54,769 bases of DNA from a virus (lineage: Duplodnaviria; Caudoviricetes): positions 1 through 54,769 of IMG/VR virus record IMGVR_UViG_3300021131_000008. One strand, given 5' to 3'. Under the pieces are notes generated by a model, which saw nothing but the letters and a program-made list of their open reading frames with translations, was not told the origin of the DNA and searched no databases. The position numbers were made by a program, and so were the translations under genes. Of the stretch, positions 44,664 to 54,758 are shown in pieces (the stretch's first letter is position 1; each line of letters opens with the position of its first letter).

Positions 44664-47600
44664 ATGGCTAGTTACGTCCCAACAGAACTACAAGCTTACG
44701 GTGATTTATTAAAACCACCAAGTAAATCTTCCACGCCTACGGGTGAGTTAGTTGGATATTTTAATAGTTTCCCTATTTATTCCACTAAACCTATAGACCC
44801 AGTCTATGTAGGCAGTGACCAAGACGGCAATGTTTCTTACGTTGATAAAAACACTGGCGCAGGTATACATGGAAATGATGATGGCTCATATAGTTTTAAT
44901 GGTGGTGGTGAAGATAGCCCTGCCAATTTAAATGGTATGGATCCGTCTAAATTATTTGCTAGTACAACATTAGGAAAAACTGATTGGAATTACACGGACG
45001 TATACCGTGGCAACCAAACCACAGGCACAAATAACGGTGAAACAGTAAGTGCTTTATGGGGTGGAACATCTTATCCCATGGGAAGGGTTACTAATTGGTC
45101 AGATATAGACCCAACGCAACAAGAAGCACAATTTACCGCAGGACAGACGCGTGATGCTCTTTGGAATGTTTACGACAACTTAGTAGCAAAAGGAACCACA
45201 CCTGCATTAAATCCTGACCAAATTGCATTAAAATTAGCAAGTGATAATGGAACGGGCAATATTGGTAGTAATGGAAGCGTACAGGGTTATGGTGCAGGAG
45301 CTAATTCGTTAGCAATAGCGCAAACTATTTCTTCTATATTTATGAATCAACCGCAAGTTGTTGCGGTGACGCAACAGCCTTACACAGTCTCTCCTGACTC
45401 GGTAAAGCAAATTGGAGACTTTGGCACAGCGCATAATAGCCCTCAAGTTTTAAATACTCTTTCCACTTTTGTTCGCCAAGGCGTTAATAGTGACTGGGGA
45501 TTTACTGCTGTTGGAATAGGTTTAGCCATAATGGGTGGTATGGCCGCCTCCGAAGCAATAACAAGTGGATTAGGCGGTGCTACAGCAGTAGACGCGGCAG
45601 GAACAGTAGTTCCAGCCACTACCGCAGGTGTTGCCAATACATCTATAGCCACCGTAGGAGCAGGAGCGGTTTCGGGTGGAATAAATGCGGGTGTCCAAGG
45701 CGGTGATATTTTAAAAGGCTCTTTAACTGGTGCGTTTACTTCCGCTCTAGGATTAAATATTTCGCCTGTAGCAAAAAGTTTAGTAGAGGCTAGCAATGGA
45801 ACTATTAATCTACAAGTAGCTCAAGCGGCAGTGCAAGCCGCCGCAGTAGCCGCAAAAGCAGGTCTTACTGGTGGAGATGTAACTAAAGCAATTACAAATA
45901 GTCTTGAAGGTTCTGCAATCTCCGCAGGATTAAAAGGGATGAATGTCCCATCCGATATAGCAACCATTGTTACTCCAATTGCTTTAACCGGTTTAAATAA
46001 CGGAGATGTTAACGCCGCAATACAAAACTCATTAATTAATTACGCTAGTGGCTTTGCTAAATCTGCCATGAGCCCTCCTGCTACTCCTCTTGCGGAACAA
46101 CCTAGCGCACCGGTATATCCAGAATACCCTAAATCTGGGCCTACAGTAGAGCCTCCACCTGCGTTGCCTGCGTATAATACTGACGTTACACCAACATCAA
46201 CAGACTTACCTTCTAATTTATCTACTATTGCGCCATCAACTTCGCCTATTGTTTCTACGCCTATTGACGTAGCAAATGCCAATACGCCTCCAGAAGCTAT
46301 AACAACACCGGCTAATTTACCTACCGCGCCAGACGAGTTTAATTTAGCCCCTGGTACAACAATTAACGAACAAGGCAAGGTTGTAGCCACAGGTATACCT
46401 ACTGCAATAGATGTGCCTTCTACTTTAGATGCTATTATAAGTAATAACCCCACTAAAAATACTTTAGATACTATAGACGTAAATGCGCCAGATGGCATAG
46501 TACCTGCAACTGACCCATCAACTGGTGCATTGCCAGTAGCAACTTCGCCTATTACTGAGCCTACAACGCCTGCAGAAACACCTACTACACCAGTTGATAT
46601 GTCAGCGGCATCTTTTTTAGCAACAGACCCAACCACAGGTAATGGGATTTACACACTTGATGGCAAATTAGTTAATGCGGATGGGTCAGAATATACTGGT
46701 GATTCTAATACTAATATGTTTGTTAATGGGTCGCCTACTGATACTACGCCTGCTGCCGTTACGCCTACTGATACTATCCCTGCTGATACTACACCTGCTA
46801 TTGATATGTCAAACGCAGTTTTTATTGCTACTGATCCAGTCACAGGGGCAGGCGTTTATACACTTGATGGTAAGTTAGTTAATGCTGATGGGTCTGCGTA
46901 TACTGGTGATTATAGTACTACTGCACCGGCTACAACGCCTACAGTTGAAACCCCTAAACCTGAAGATCACGTTTACGTAGGCGGTAATGCTGAGCCTACA
47001 ACACTAACTGAAACTGCTTCAGCAGTTGAAGCTCCAGCAGTTGAAGCTCCAGCAGTTGAAGCTAACGTTTACGTAGGTGGCAATGCTGAGCCTGCAACGC
47101 CTGCAACGCCTGCAACGCCTGCAACGCCTGCAACGCCTTCAGCTACAGGTAGTGGCGGTGCGTTGCCAACAGCAACTACAACCGCAGCAACGCCTACTCA
47201 ACAAACATCAACTACGCAGTCTACTGCTGCACCGGCAGCCACGCCTGCTGTTGCGCCTTTAAGTTATCTAACTCCAACAATGTTAGCAGGTGCCCCTGTG
47301 ACTCCACAAATGACTGCGCAAATCGCGCAATTAAAACAACTTTATCCCCAGTTGCAAGGGGTAAGTGATAAAATACTATCATCTTTAATTGCCAGTGAGC
47401 CTAAAACTGCAGCCGATAATAGCTCGCAACTAATGAGCAGCGGATTAAGTTCAATGTCTAATGCGTCGCCATCTACTGCCTCACGTGGTTCACTGGCTGG
47501 ACAAGATGCAAATAGTAATTTAATGCAAGCCGGACTGTCTATGCTAAATCCAGGAAGCTCGTTAGCTACTCCGCATTTTGCTAAAGGCGGCCATGTGGAG

Positions 47601-47873
47601 GATCATGTACCAGAATTTATTACAGGGGCAACAGGGCATTATGTTAAAGGTCGTGGCGATGGGCAATCGGATGATATACCGGCAATGCTTGCTGATGGCG
47701 AGTACGTTTTTGACGCTGATACTGTGGCTGCTTTGGGCAATGGTTCATCTGATGCCGGTGCTAAAGCTCTAGATAAAATGCGGGAGGCCATTCGTAAGCA
47801 CAAGCGCGCAGCCCCCGTTAACAAGATACCTCCTAAGGCTAAGTCGCCTTTAGAATACTTTAAAGGTAGATAA
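44664..47873 (+). CDS. Putative internal virion/ejection protein with Pro/Thr repeats
   Basis: Gly/Ala helical segment, PT-rich linker and C-terminal FAKGG..GRGDGQSDDIPAMLADGEYV module. Confidence 0.6.
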   Translation: MASYVPTELQAYGDLLKPPSKSSTPTGELVGYFNSFPIYSTKPIDPVYVGSDQDGNVSYVDKNTGAGIHGNDDGSYSFNGGGEDSPANLNGMDPSKLFASTTLGKTDWNYTDVYRGNQTTGTNNGETVSALWGGTSYPMGRVTNWSDIDPTQQEAQFTAGQTRDALWNVYDNLVAKGTTPALNPDQIALKLASDNGTGNIGSNGSVQGYGAGANSLAIAQTISSIFMNQPQVVAVTQQPYTVSPDSVKQIGDFGTAHNSPQVLNTLSTFVRQGVNSDWGFTAVGIGLAIMGGMAASEAITSGLGGATAVDAAGTVVPATTAGVANTSIATVGAGAVSGGINAGVQGGDILKGSLTGAFTSALGLNISPVAKSLVEASNGTINLQVAQAAVQAAAVAAKAGLTGGDVTKAITNSLEGSAISAGLKGMNVPSDIATIVTPIALTGLNNGDVNAAIQNSLINYASGFAKSAMSPPATPLAEQPSAPVYPEYPKSGPTVEPPPALPAYNTDVTPTSTDLPSNLSTIAPSTSPIVSTPIDVANANTPPEAITTPANLPTAPDEFNLAPGTTINEQGKVVATGIPTAIDVPSTLDAIISNNPTKNTLDTIDVNAPDGIVPATDPSTGALPVATSPITEPTTPAETPTTPVDMSAASFLATDPTTGNGIYTLDGKLVNADGSEYTGDSNTNMFVNGSPTDTTPAAVTPTDTIPADTTPAIDMSNAVFIATDPVTGAGVYTLDGKLVNADGSAYTGDYSTTAPATTPTVETPKPEDHVYVGGNAEPTTLTETASAVEAPAVEAPAVEANVYVGGNAEPATPATPATPATPATPSATGSGGALPTATTTAATPTQQTSTTQSTAAPAATPAVAPLSYLTPTMLAGAPVTPQMTAQIAQLKQLYPQLQGVSDKILSSLIASEPKTAADNSSQLMSSGLSSMSNASPSTASRGSLAGQDANSNLMQAGLSMLNPGSSLATPHFAKGGHVEDHVPEFITGATGHYVKGRGDGQSDDIPAMLADGEYVFDADTVAALGNGSSDAGAKALDKMREAIRKHKRAAPVNKIPPKAKSPLEYFKGR
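47020..47063 (+). repeat. 15-bp tandem repeat, about 3 copies (AVEAP)
   Basis: CAGCAGTTGAAGCTC units. Confidence 0.9.
47091..47138 (+). repeat. 9-bp tandem repeat, 5 copies (PAT)
   Basis: CCTGCAACG x5. Confidence 0.95.
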
Positions 47874-47875
47874 TC

Positions 47876-50089
47876 ATGGCTATTACCGCTGCATCGACAA
47901 GTGCTTCCATCAACCCGAATCAGGTTGCTGCACCACCTACCCCAGCAAGTGGCTCTGGTGCACTACCATCTTTTGATCCTAGTATTCCTCCACCCCCCGC
48001 CCCCACAACAATAACACAAGGACAAGGTTTACCATCTAACTTTACCACTGCCGATGATTATAATAATTGGTATAGTAATTTAACTCCAGATCAATTACAA
48101 AATTACCAAACTTGGGAAGGAACTTCTAATAACCCTGTCTCATTGGACAGGGCGTATCCAGCCTATATGACGCAAGGAATGCAAGACTCCGGTTATGATC
48201 CACAAATGGATGATAATCTTGCTCGTGCAAATGCATATCAACGATATTTATATCCTACGCCATCTCTTCAAGCGCACCCACCCATTGTTTCTAATGATCC
48301 AAATGATACTGCATCACCCGGACTTACCGACCCGTTTGCAAATCTTCCTGCCCTCGACAATACCCCCCCAGTCACAACTACCGCCGCATCAGCAAATGCT
48401 TCTGTTAATCCGAATCAACTCTCGCCATCTTTACAAGGAACCAATATGGCCGGTGGAACTCCAACCTCATCTCCAGCATTACCTACAGCAACTACAGGTA
48501 ATCCTACCTCAGTGGCACCGCCTAACCTTGGCGTGACTCCTGGAGGCGCTGGGTCAGGTAGTTTAACGCAAGGCGCACCTCTGCCCAATATTACTACATT
48601 GCAGCAACAAGCAACTGCAGCGCCACAGTACTATACTGACTATTTGAACCAACTGTCATCGCAAGGTGCTGCAGCAGCGCAAGGCGCACAATATGTTGGC
48701 GCACAACCACTTCAAACGCAAGCATTTAATCAAGTCGCACAGAATGTGGGTAATTACCAACCGGCATTAAATACTGCCACCGGTGCGTTGAATCAAGCAT
48801 TGGGGCAAAACGCAGTTGGCGCAGCAATGCCAGGAATTACTGCCGGTATGAATTTATCACCTGTAAATGCGGCAGCTCAAAACATTAACGCTTCTACCAA
48901 TCTATCACCGCTTCAAGCAGCATCACAAAACTTAACTCAAGCTTCTGGTTTAAGCGGTGCATCGGCCGCGCAGCCTTATTTAAATCAAGGTGCTAATGCG
49001 CAAATTTTAAATGCCGCACAGCCTTATTTAAATGCTGCTGCAGTGCCTACGTCGCAAACAGTTCAGAATTACATGAGCCCGTACACGCAAAACGTTGTTG
49101 ACCAAATTGGTATTTTAGGACAGCAAAACATTGCGCAAAACGTAGCCCCGCAAGCTGCGGCAGGGTTAATTGGCGCGGGTCAGTTTGGGTCACGTCAGGG
49201 TGCTAGCGCATTAGCCCAGTCTTTAGCTAACGCAGGGCAAAACATAACCGCGCAACAAGCTCAAGCATTGCAAACCGGCTATGGTCAAGCACTAACTGCT
49301 GCGAATCAACAAGCACAGTTGTATGGGCAGTTAGGGCAAACGGCAGGTAATTTAGCGCAAAATCAAGCGGCCAATCAGTTAGCGGCAGGACAAACTACTG
49401 GTACTTTAACTGGTCAGCAACAAGCTAATTTAGCTAATATTGGGCAAACGCAAGGTACTTTAACTAATCAACAAGCTCAAAACTTACTAGCTGCGGGTCA
49501 AGCGCAAGGCACTTTAACGCAGAATCAAGCGCAAAACCTGATTACAGGTGGACAAAATCTAGGTTCATTGACCGCGCAACAAATGCAAAACTTGATGCAA
49601 GGCGCAACGCAAGGTCAAAATTTAGCTTCTTCGACACAGAATTTAGGCCTTGCCGACGTAAACGCATTAGGCACTTTAGGTGGGCAGCAGCAAACTATTG
49701 CGCAGAACGCCCAATTATTCCCAATGCAACAACTTACATCTGAGTCTGGATTGTTACGGGGTTATAATGTACCCACTAGTGTTTCAAGCTCTACAACTGG
49801 GCCTGGACAAGCTGGGCAGTACCAAGCGTCGCCATTGGCGCAGATTGCTGGGCTGGGGACGTTAGCGGCAGGCATTAGTAATACTAACTTAGGGCAACAG
49901 TTATTTGGCACACTAGGCAGTGCAACCAATCCTACTGGAACTACAGGGTTGATTGGGCAAGGTTTAAGTGGTTTAAGTAGCCTGTTTAATAGTAATCCTA
50001 CGTATACACCGCTTACTCCAGACAGCCCAAATGTGACAACTAATACGAATGGTTACTTTAATCAAGGACCTGATATCCCTTATGGTTAA
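47876..50089 (+). CDS. Putative ejection protein, Gln/Ala-rich
   Basis: YMSPY.Q.V, GAGQFGSRQ and about 18-aa Q-rich repeats (GQ.QGTLT.QQA.NL). Confidence 0.6.
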   Translation: MAITAASTSASINPNQVAAPPTPASGSGALPSFDPSIPPPPAPTTITQGQGLPSNFTTADDYNNWYSNLTPDQLQNYQTWEGTSNNPVSLDRAYPAYMTQGMQDSGYDPQMDDNLARANAYQRYLYPTPSLQAHPPIVSNDPNDTASPGLTDPFANLPALDNTPPVTTTAASANASVNPNQLSPSLQGTNMAGGTPTSSPALPTATTGNPTSVAPPNLGVTPGGAGSGSLTQGAPLPNITTLQQQATAAPQYYTDYLNQLSSQGAAAAQGAQYVGAQPLQTQAFNQVAQNVGNYQPALNTATGALNQALGQNAVGAAMPGITAGMNLSPVNAAAQNINASTNLSPLQAASQNLTQASGLSGASAAQPYLNQGANAQILNAAQPYLNAAAVPTSQTVQNYMSPYTQNVVDQIGILGQQNIAQNVAPQAAAGLIGAGQFGSRQGASALAQSLANAGQNITAQQAQALQTGYGQALTAANQQAQLYGQLGQTAGNLAQNQAANQLAAGQTTGTLTGQQQANLANIGQTQGTLTNQQAQNLLAAGQAQGTLTQNQAQNLITGGQNLGSLTAQQMQNLMQGATQGQNLASSTQNLGLADVNALGTLGGQQQTIAQNAQLFPMQQLTSESGLLRGYNVPTSVSSSTTGPGQAGQYQASPLAQIAGLGTLAAGISNTNLGQQLFGTLGSATNPTGTTGLIGQGLSGLSSLFNSNPTYTPLTPDSPNVTTNTNGYFNQGPDIPYG

Positions 50090-50136
50090 CTCTATTGCCC
50101 CTAAACATTAATCTCTATGATTTATAAGGAATAATT

Positions 50137-51927
50137 ATGGCAGCTCTTCCAGCTTTAGGTAGTTTACCCGCGCCTCCAACGGGCATAGGCGCTGATCTTG
50201 ACGCGTCAAAAGAATATTTTGATGCATTGCAGAGAGTAGAGCAATCATTAACACAACGTAATGAGCCTAATTATTTCAAGATGGCGGGTGAGTTCTTTAA
50301 TCCTGGAAAAACCGGTAACTTTGGTGAAGCTCTAGGCCGCGCATCTTCATCATTAGGCGAAGACCAGCAACGTCAATTAGAGCAAGCACCAAATATTGCT
50401 ATGATGCGCGCACAGATTGCTGGGCAAAAATACACCGTGGCAAATACCGCTAAAGCATGGGGCATATTAGCTGATGCAACCGGTATGTCACCCACAACGC
50501 TTAAGAAAGAAATAAATAGTGATACCCCGTCAGCTACTGTAACTAATAAACTAAATAGCCTTACGCCGCAAACATTTTTGGTATTAAGTCGTTTATCACC
50601 TGACGTCGCAGCCGCGGCAAAAACTGCAGCAGCTATGGCAATTGACGAAAGAAAAACGGCCGTGTCAGAAGGGACACTTGCTGAGCAACAAAAGCAAAAT
50701 ACATTCACGCAACATGTTGAAGATCAAAAACTTCTAAATGCGCAATTTGCATTACAACTTGACTTATTAAAAGCAGGAAATGATCAAGCTGCTAAAAACC
50801 TTGCCATTGCCGCATTTATTGATAAGGTAGGATCTGCGAACGCTGCAACACTCGGTATTGGCGCACCTCCACCTTCAGTGATGCCAAAAGTGCCACCTAT
50901 GCCAACATTAAGCGCACCTCCTACGCTTGCAGCGCCACCTATGACGCCACCTGCAGCACCGCCTGTACCTATGGCACCGCCTGCAGCGACGTCTTTACAG
51001 CCTGTGCCAACACCTTCTGGGCCAATGCCAGCTGCGGAAGGGCCAGTTTCAACATTAAACACCGCGCCAGTTCCTGCGCAACCTTTAGGGTTAGGAATGC
51101 AACCCCCACCTATAGCAAAACCTTTAGTACCTCCGCCTATAGCAAAACCTTTAGTACCTCCGCAATTAAACGCGCCACCTGCGCCAGTAGCGCAAAAACC
51201 AACACTGCTTGCCGCTGCACCAGTGCCGTCTGGAGGCGGCGGGAGTGGGGAATCGCAAAGAGCAATTGACGTAAAAGCAGCTGAAGCTGAAATTGCAAAA
51301 GGCAAACAATACGAACTAGATCGCGAAGCTGCGTATAAACCTAAGTTAGAAATGATTAGTGGGTATGACCGGATGACCGTAAACAGCAACAACTCTAAAT
51401 ATGATGAGTTAATGTCATTAACGCGAAAACGGCCCGATCTTGTAGGTTTATTGGCACAAAGAAGTGGCCCAGTTGCAGGTCTTTTAACTGCCATGGAAGA
51501 AGGCGTAAAAGCCGGTAATTACAATATTAGCTTGCCAGTTGAAAAAGCACTTGCTGCAGGAACATTTAAACCTGAAGATAAAGGCGTGGCAAGAAATATT
51601 TTGCAATTGATTGCAGATTTAAACATGGACGTCATGCGCAAAGGCAAATCGATCTTTGGGCCTTCTATTAGTACGTATGATGCACAGAAAATGGCTGAAC
51701 CTGGATTTAAAGTTACAGACCCCGCGTCGTTCATTACTTACCTTGCTGCAAAAAATAAAGTTGTTAACGATTATATGGGACAACTTTCAACGGCTGCAAC
51801 TCGTTACTACGCAACACACCGCAATTCACCACATTCGGCATTTTTTGCGTCCGACGAGTACCATAAAATAATAGATCATTTTTATGGCACGTACAATATG
51901 CTAGTCAAAAACTCACCTTATAAATAG
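50137..51927 (+). CDS. Putative ejection protein with a Pro-rich linker
   Basis: PGKTGNFGEALG..., a central polyproline tract and a helical C-terminus. Confidence 0.55.
   Translation: MAALPALGSLPAPPTGIGADLDASKEYFDALQRVEQSLTQRNEPNYFKMAGEFFNPGKTGNFGEALGRASSSLGEDQQRQLEQAPNIAMMRAQIAGQKYTVANTAKAWGILADATGMSPTTLKKEINSDTPSATVTNKLNSLTPQTFLVLSRLSPDVAAAAKTAAAMAIDERKTAVSEGTLAEQQKQNTFTQHVEDQKLLNAQFALQLDLLKAGNDQAAKNLAIAAFIDKVGSANAATLGIGAPPPSVMPKVPPMPTLSAPPTLAAPPMTPPAAPPVPMAPPAATSLQPVPTPSGPMPAAEGPVSTLNTAPVPAQPLGLGMQPPPIAKPLVPPPIAKPLVPPQLNAPPAPVAQKPTLLAAAPVPSGGGGSGESQRAIDVKAAEAEIAKGKQYELDREAAYKPKLEMISGYDRMTVNSNNSKYDELMSLTRKRPDLVGLLAQRSGPVAGLLTAMEEGVKAGNYNISLPVEKALAAGTFKPEDKGVARNILQLIADLNMDVMRKGKSIFGPSISTYDAQKMAEPGFKVTDPASFITYLAAKNKVVNDYMGQLSTAATRYYATHRNSPHSAFFASDEYHKIIDHFYGTYNMLVKNSPYK
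51109..51162 (+). repeat. 27-bp tandem duplication (PIAKPLVPP)
   Basis: CCTATAGCAAAACCTTTAGTACCTCCG x2. Confidence 0.92.
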
Positions 51928-51935
51928 AGAACACT

Positions 51936-53066
51936 ATGGCCACACCCACTCAAGTGCCAGTCGTAGACGAGCAAGCAGAAGCTGATGCGCGTGCTAAAGC
52001 AGATTTACAACGTTTGTTTCCTGAGCACCATGATCCAAGCGGCAATTTTAATTTATTTACGCCTGCGCCTCCATCAAAGAACAGTACAACAAATTCGGTT
52101 GTAATAAAACCAGACGAATCAAACTCTCCTGCACTAGTTGATTTAAGTTTAGGCGCTATAGCAGGTGGCGTGCTGGGCGGTAGAGCGCCGCAATATATTA
52201 ACCCTAATTTAACTTCAGCAAGGGCAAATGTTGCAGGCGCAAATGCAGGACTGCAAGCAGCGATGGAGAATATGATTAGAGAAAGTGAAATACATCGTGG
52301 CGCATTAGACGCTGCTATACAAGAGCATGAAGCTGCAAAAATTGGGTTATCAGACGCAGCACGTGCAGCGCAAGAAGCTGAAATGCATGCTATTAAACAT
52401 GGCATTGACATTACCCCAGTGGATGAATTATCCGGAGATAAATGGAATCGTAAGGTGGTAGGTGATTTAGGTCCAGGTGGAAAAAGCTCAACTGAGGCGG
52501 CTAAAAACTATCGTCTACAGGAGTCGCTTACGCCGACTGAAAAAAATAGATTTAAAGCATCACGTTCAGGTTTAGTAGTGCCTAATGAGCCTGATATTGG
52601 TACAGGACCATTTTTATCAGACGAACAAAAGATAGCAAAAGAACGACTTGAGCAATCTCGAATTGCGCATGCTACGGCACAAGCTCGTGTTGCTGAAACA
52701 ACAGCAAATTTAGAATCTGCAAGTAGAACGCCTAGAACAGTTTCTAGTGCGCAAAACGCAGCTAATGCAGCTAGAACTACACAAGCTACAGCGCAAGGCA
52801 CACTTGCTGAACTAGAAAAAGCACGATCATTTCTTTCTAAAATACCTTACTTTAATACTTTGCTGGGCGCATTATCAGGCGCTGAAGCAGTACATGCGTA
52901 TCACTTAATCAAGCAAGGCCATACCGCAGAAGGTGTTGTTAACGCAATAGGCGCGGCAGGCGGCTTAATAGGGTTAGTACCTCATCCTGCAACCAAAATT
53001 ATTGGCGCAGGTATGAGTGCGATTCCTTTAGCGTATGAAGGTTATAAACATCTAACTGCACCGTAA
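51936..53066 (+). CDS. Putative ejection/internal virion protein
   Basis: Last plus-arm gene. Ala-rich coiled coils and a Gly-rich hydrophobic C-terminus. Confidence 0.5.
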   Translation: MATPTQVPVVDEQAEADARAKADLQRLFPEHHDPSGNFNLFTPAPPSKNSTTNSVVIKPDESNSPALVDLSLGAIAGGVLGGRAPQYINPNLTSARANVAGANAGLQAAMENMIRESEIHRGALDAAIQEHEAAKIGLSDAARAAQEAEMHAIKHGIDITPVDELSGDKWNRKVVGDLGPGGKSSTEAAKNYRLQESLTPTEKNRFKASRSGLVVPNEPDIGTGPFLSDEQKIAKERLEQSRIAHATAQARVAETTANLESASRTPRTVSSAQNAANAARTTQATAQGTLAELEKARSFLSKIPYFNTLLGALSGAEAVHAYHLIKQGHTAEGVVNAIGAAGGLIGLVPHPATKIIGAGMSAIPLAYEGYKHLTAP

Positions 53067-53195
53067 TTTTGATTTTTCAATAGCTAAAGACCAAGCCTCT
53101 ACCCAGATGTTGTAGGGGTTTTTTAACATATCTTCGTTATCGGTACGTTTCAACAGCGCTAGCCAGTCCTCATACTCTTTCTTGATTTCATCCAT
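53052..53195 (-). CDS. 47-aa hypothetical protein (not in the ORF track)
   Basis: MDEIKKEYEDWLALLKRTDNEDMLKNPYNIWVEAWSLAIEKSKLRCS with an AAGGT RBS. Overlaps the upstream gene's stop. Confidence 0.55.
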   Translation of the reverse strand: MDEIKKEYEDWLALLKRTDNEDMLKNPYNIWVEAWSLAIEKSKLRCS

Positions 53196-53400
53196 TTTTA
53201 GTTACCTTTTTGAATTTTTTACTCAATTGCTTAAGTATAGTGGGTGTCAAAGGAAAGTAACAAAGCGGAGTGACTGGTAAACCCGTTGGCCCATTTAAAA
53301 CCTTGACCAAAATTGTTTCTTCAACAAATTGATTTGCATAGTCGTAAGCTTCGCCACTGTTTAAATAACCTCCAAATACCTCGACAGTTTGATTGATCAT
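53188..53400 (-). CDS. Hypothetical protein
   Basis: AAGGCGG RBS, downstream of the resolvase. Confidence 0.55.
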   Translation of the reverse strand: MINQTVEVFGGYLNSGEAYDYANQFVEETILVKVLNGPTGLPVTPLCYFPLTPTILKQLSKKFKKVTKNG

Positions 53401-53409
53401 AACCGCCTC

Positions 53410-53907
53410 TTAAAGTGAATTCAAAGTGTTTCTATTTTTAAATAAATATAATGCTAACAGCGCAGCTTCGGCACGACCGTCGTCTTTTTTACGCGCAAAC
53501 AACGTCGAATGAGCAGGCCAAGTACGCATGGCTAGCTCCCTAGACCCGTCTTTACTAGCATTGATTTGCATTTTACGTTTCCAAACCACGGGTGAAACAT
53601 AAACATACGGTATAAGACAACCCGCTAAAACACCCTCTATAACGCCTAGAGAGCGTCCGAATGAGAACATGCTAGTGACGCCCTGATTAGGCATTGCGTT
53701 CACTTGCTCTACGATCCCCATGATGGGTTTATCTTTAAATAACCGCAGTTCAGCCACGATACTCTGAGGGTTAACTCGTTTTTTCTTTGATTTACCAGTT
53801 ATCACCTCTAATGTGGGCGTGTCATAAATGTCAACTATTTTCGCGCCATCATCTAACACTGCCAGTGCACCGCTAATTCCTGGATCGATTCCTAAATAGA
53901 ACATCAT
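53410..53907 (-). CDS. RuvC-like Holliday junction resolvase
   Basis: LGIDPG.SGA, IVEQV, FSFG..LG, P..WK and DGRAEA.L.A. Confidence 0.85.
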   Translation of the reverse strand: MMFYLGIDPGISGALAVLDDGAKIVDIYDTPTLEVITGKSKKKRVNPQSIVAELRLFKDKPIMGIVEQVNAMPNQGVTSMFSFGRSLGVIEGVLAGCLIPYVYVSPVVWKRKMQINASKDGSRELAMRTWPAHSTLFARKKDDGRAEAALLALYLFKNRNTLNSL

Positions 53908-54758
53908 TTCCCCTTTTGATCATATTGCTCACAGGCCGCGAGCTGATCTTTTAATGTAAGCGTACTATTTTTGAGCGTGCACAGCCATGTTCCATTTTCA
54001 AATGGTTTTGAGTGTTCACAAGAACGACAGGTTTTCAACGGCGGTTTTTTACCATAACAAACTTCTTTGTAATCACACCAAGAACAAGGATAACCCTCAA
54101 TATTTTCACCGATACGAGCTGGTGCTATTTCAGCTTCAGTCAGCGTTTTTATACGTTTAAGTATATCGTTCTGAACTTCAGGGTCAGGTTTTATGCGCCG
54201 AACGTAGTACTGTTCATTGTCTTTATTTAACGCTACGTAGAACCCCCTGTCTACATTAGAGAACATCATACCGCTTTGAACTTGATAGTAATGCGACGGT
54301 TTTGAACCCGCTACACCTTTCTTTTCTAAATCAGCGAAAGATTTTGTATTGTGGGTTTTGATTTCAAGTATATGGGCTTTTACTTCTGCCCCAGGAATTC
54401 CTTTGATAATGCCGTCAACTTTTGCAACAAAATGTCCGGTTTTGTCTCCATATGTAAATTGGGTTTCATTATCCGTCATGTTCCAAACTGAGTAACCCGC
54501 GTTTCTAAGATCGTTTATTATCCTAGTTTCCTGAAGATTACCGGTCTCGAATAATCGTAAAATTCTACCTTTTGGCTGTACGTTATCGTAACCGCGCCAA
54601 GCCAACCAAATTTTACGTATACACTCTTCTCCTATTCCAGACGCGCCTAACCTAGAAAGTCTGAGCGGACGATAGTTTTTCTTCTCTATTGCTTCGTAAA
54701 TACGATCAACAACTTCTACTTCTTGAACTGGTATTGGTATTGTTAATTTTTTAGTCAT
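53904..54758 (-). CDS. Cas4-like / PD-(D/E)XK exonuclease
   Basis: LGASGIG..C.R, G...E, DG...LEIKT, YYQVQ and CSWCDY..VC, plus an extra CRSC..C..C. Confidence 0.85.
   Translation of the reverse strand: MTKKLTIPIPVQEVEVVDRIYEAIEKKNYRPLRLSRLGASGIGEECIRKIWLAWRGYDNVQPKGRILRLFETGNLQETRIINDLRNAGYSVWNMTDNETQFTYGDKTGHFVAKVDGIIKGIPGAEVKAHILEIKTHNTKSFADLEKKGVAGSKPSHYYQVQSGMMFSNVDRGFYVALNKDNEQYYVRRIKPDPEVQNDILKRIKTLTEAEIAPARIGENIEGYPCSWCDYKEVCYGKKPPLKTCRSCEHSKPFENGTWLCTLKNSTLTLKDQLAACEQYDQKGK

Noticed and set aside
44664-47873. Tape measure protein
   Set aside because: The FAKGG/SDDIPAML.DGEYV module also occurs in tape measures, but much of the protein is Pro/Thr-rich and no tail tube or tail assembly chaperone genes are evident.
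33291-52801. Numerous minus-strand ORFs opposite structural genes (e.g. 34047-34526, 46040-46636, 50784-51494)
   Set aside because: These are shadow ORFs of Thr/Gly/Ala/Pro-rich sense genes, with no RBS or operon context.
53904-54758. Cas4 as evidence of a CRISPR-Cas system
   Set aside because: There is no cas1/cas2 or array. Solo Cas4-like nucleases are common in phage recombination modules with SSB and an AAA ATPase.
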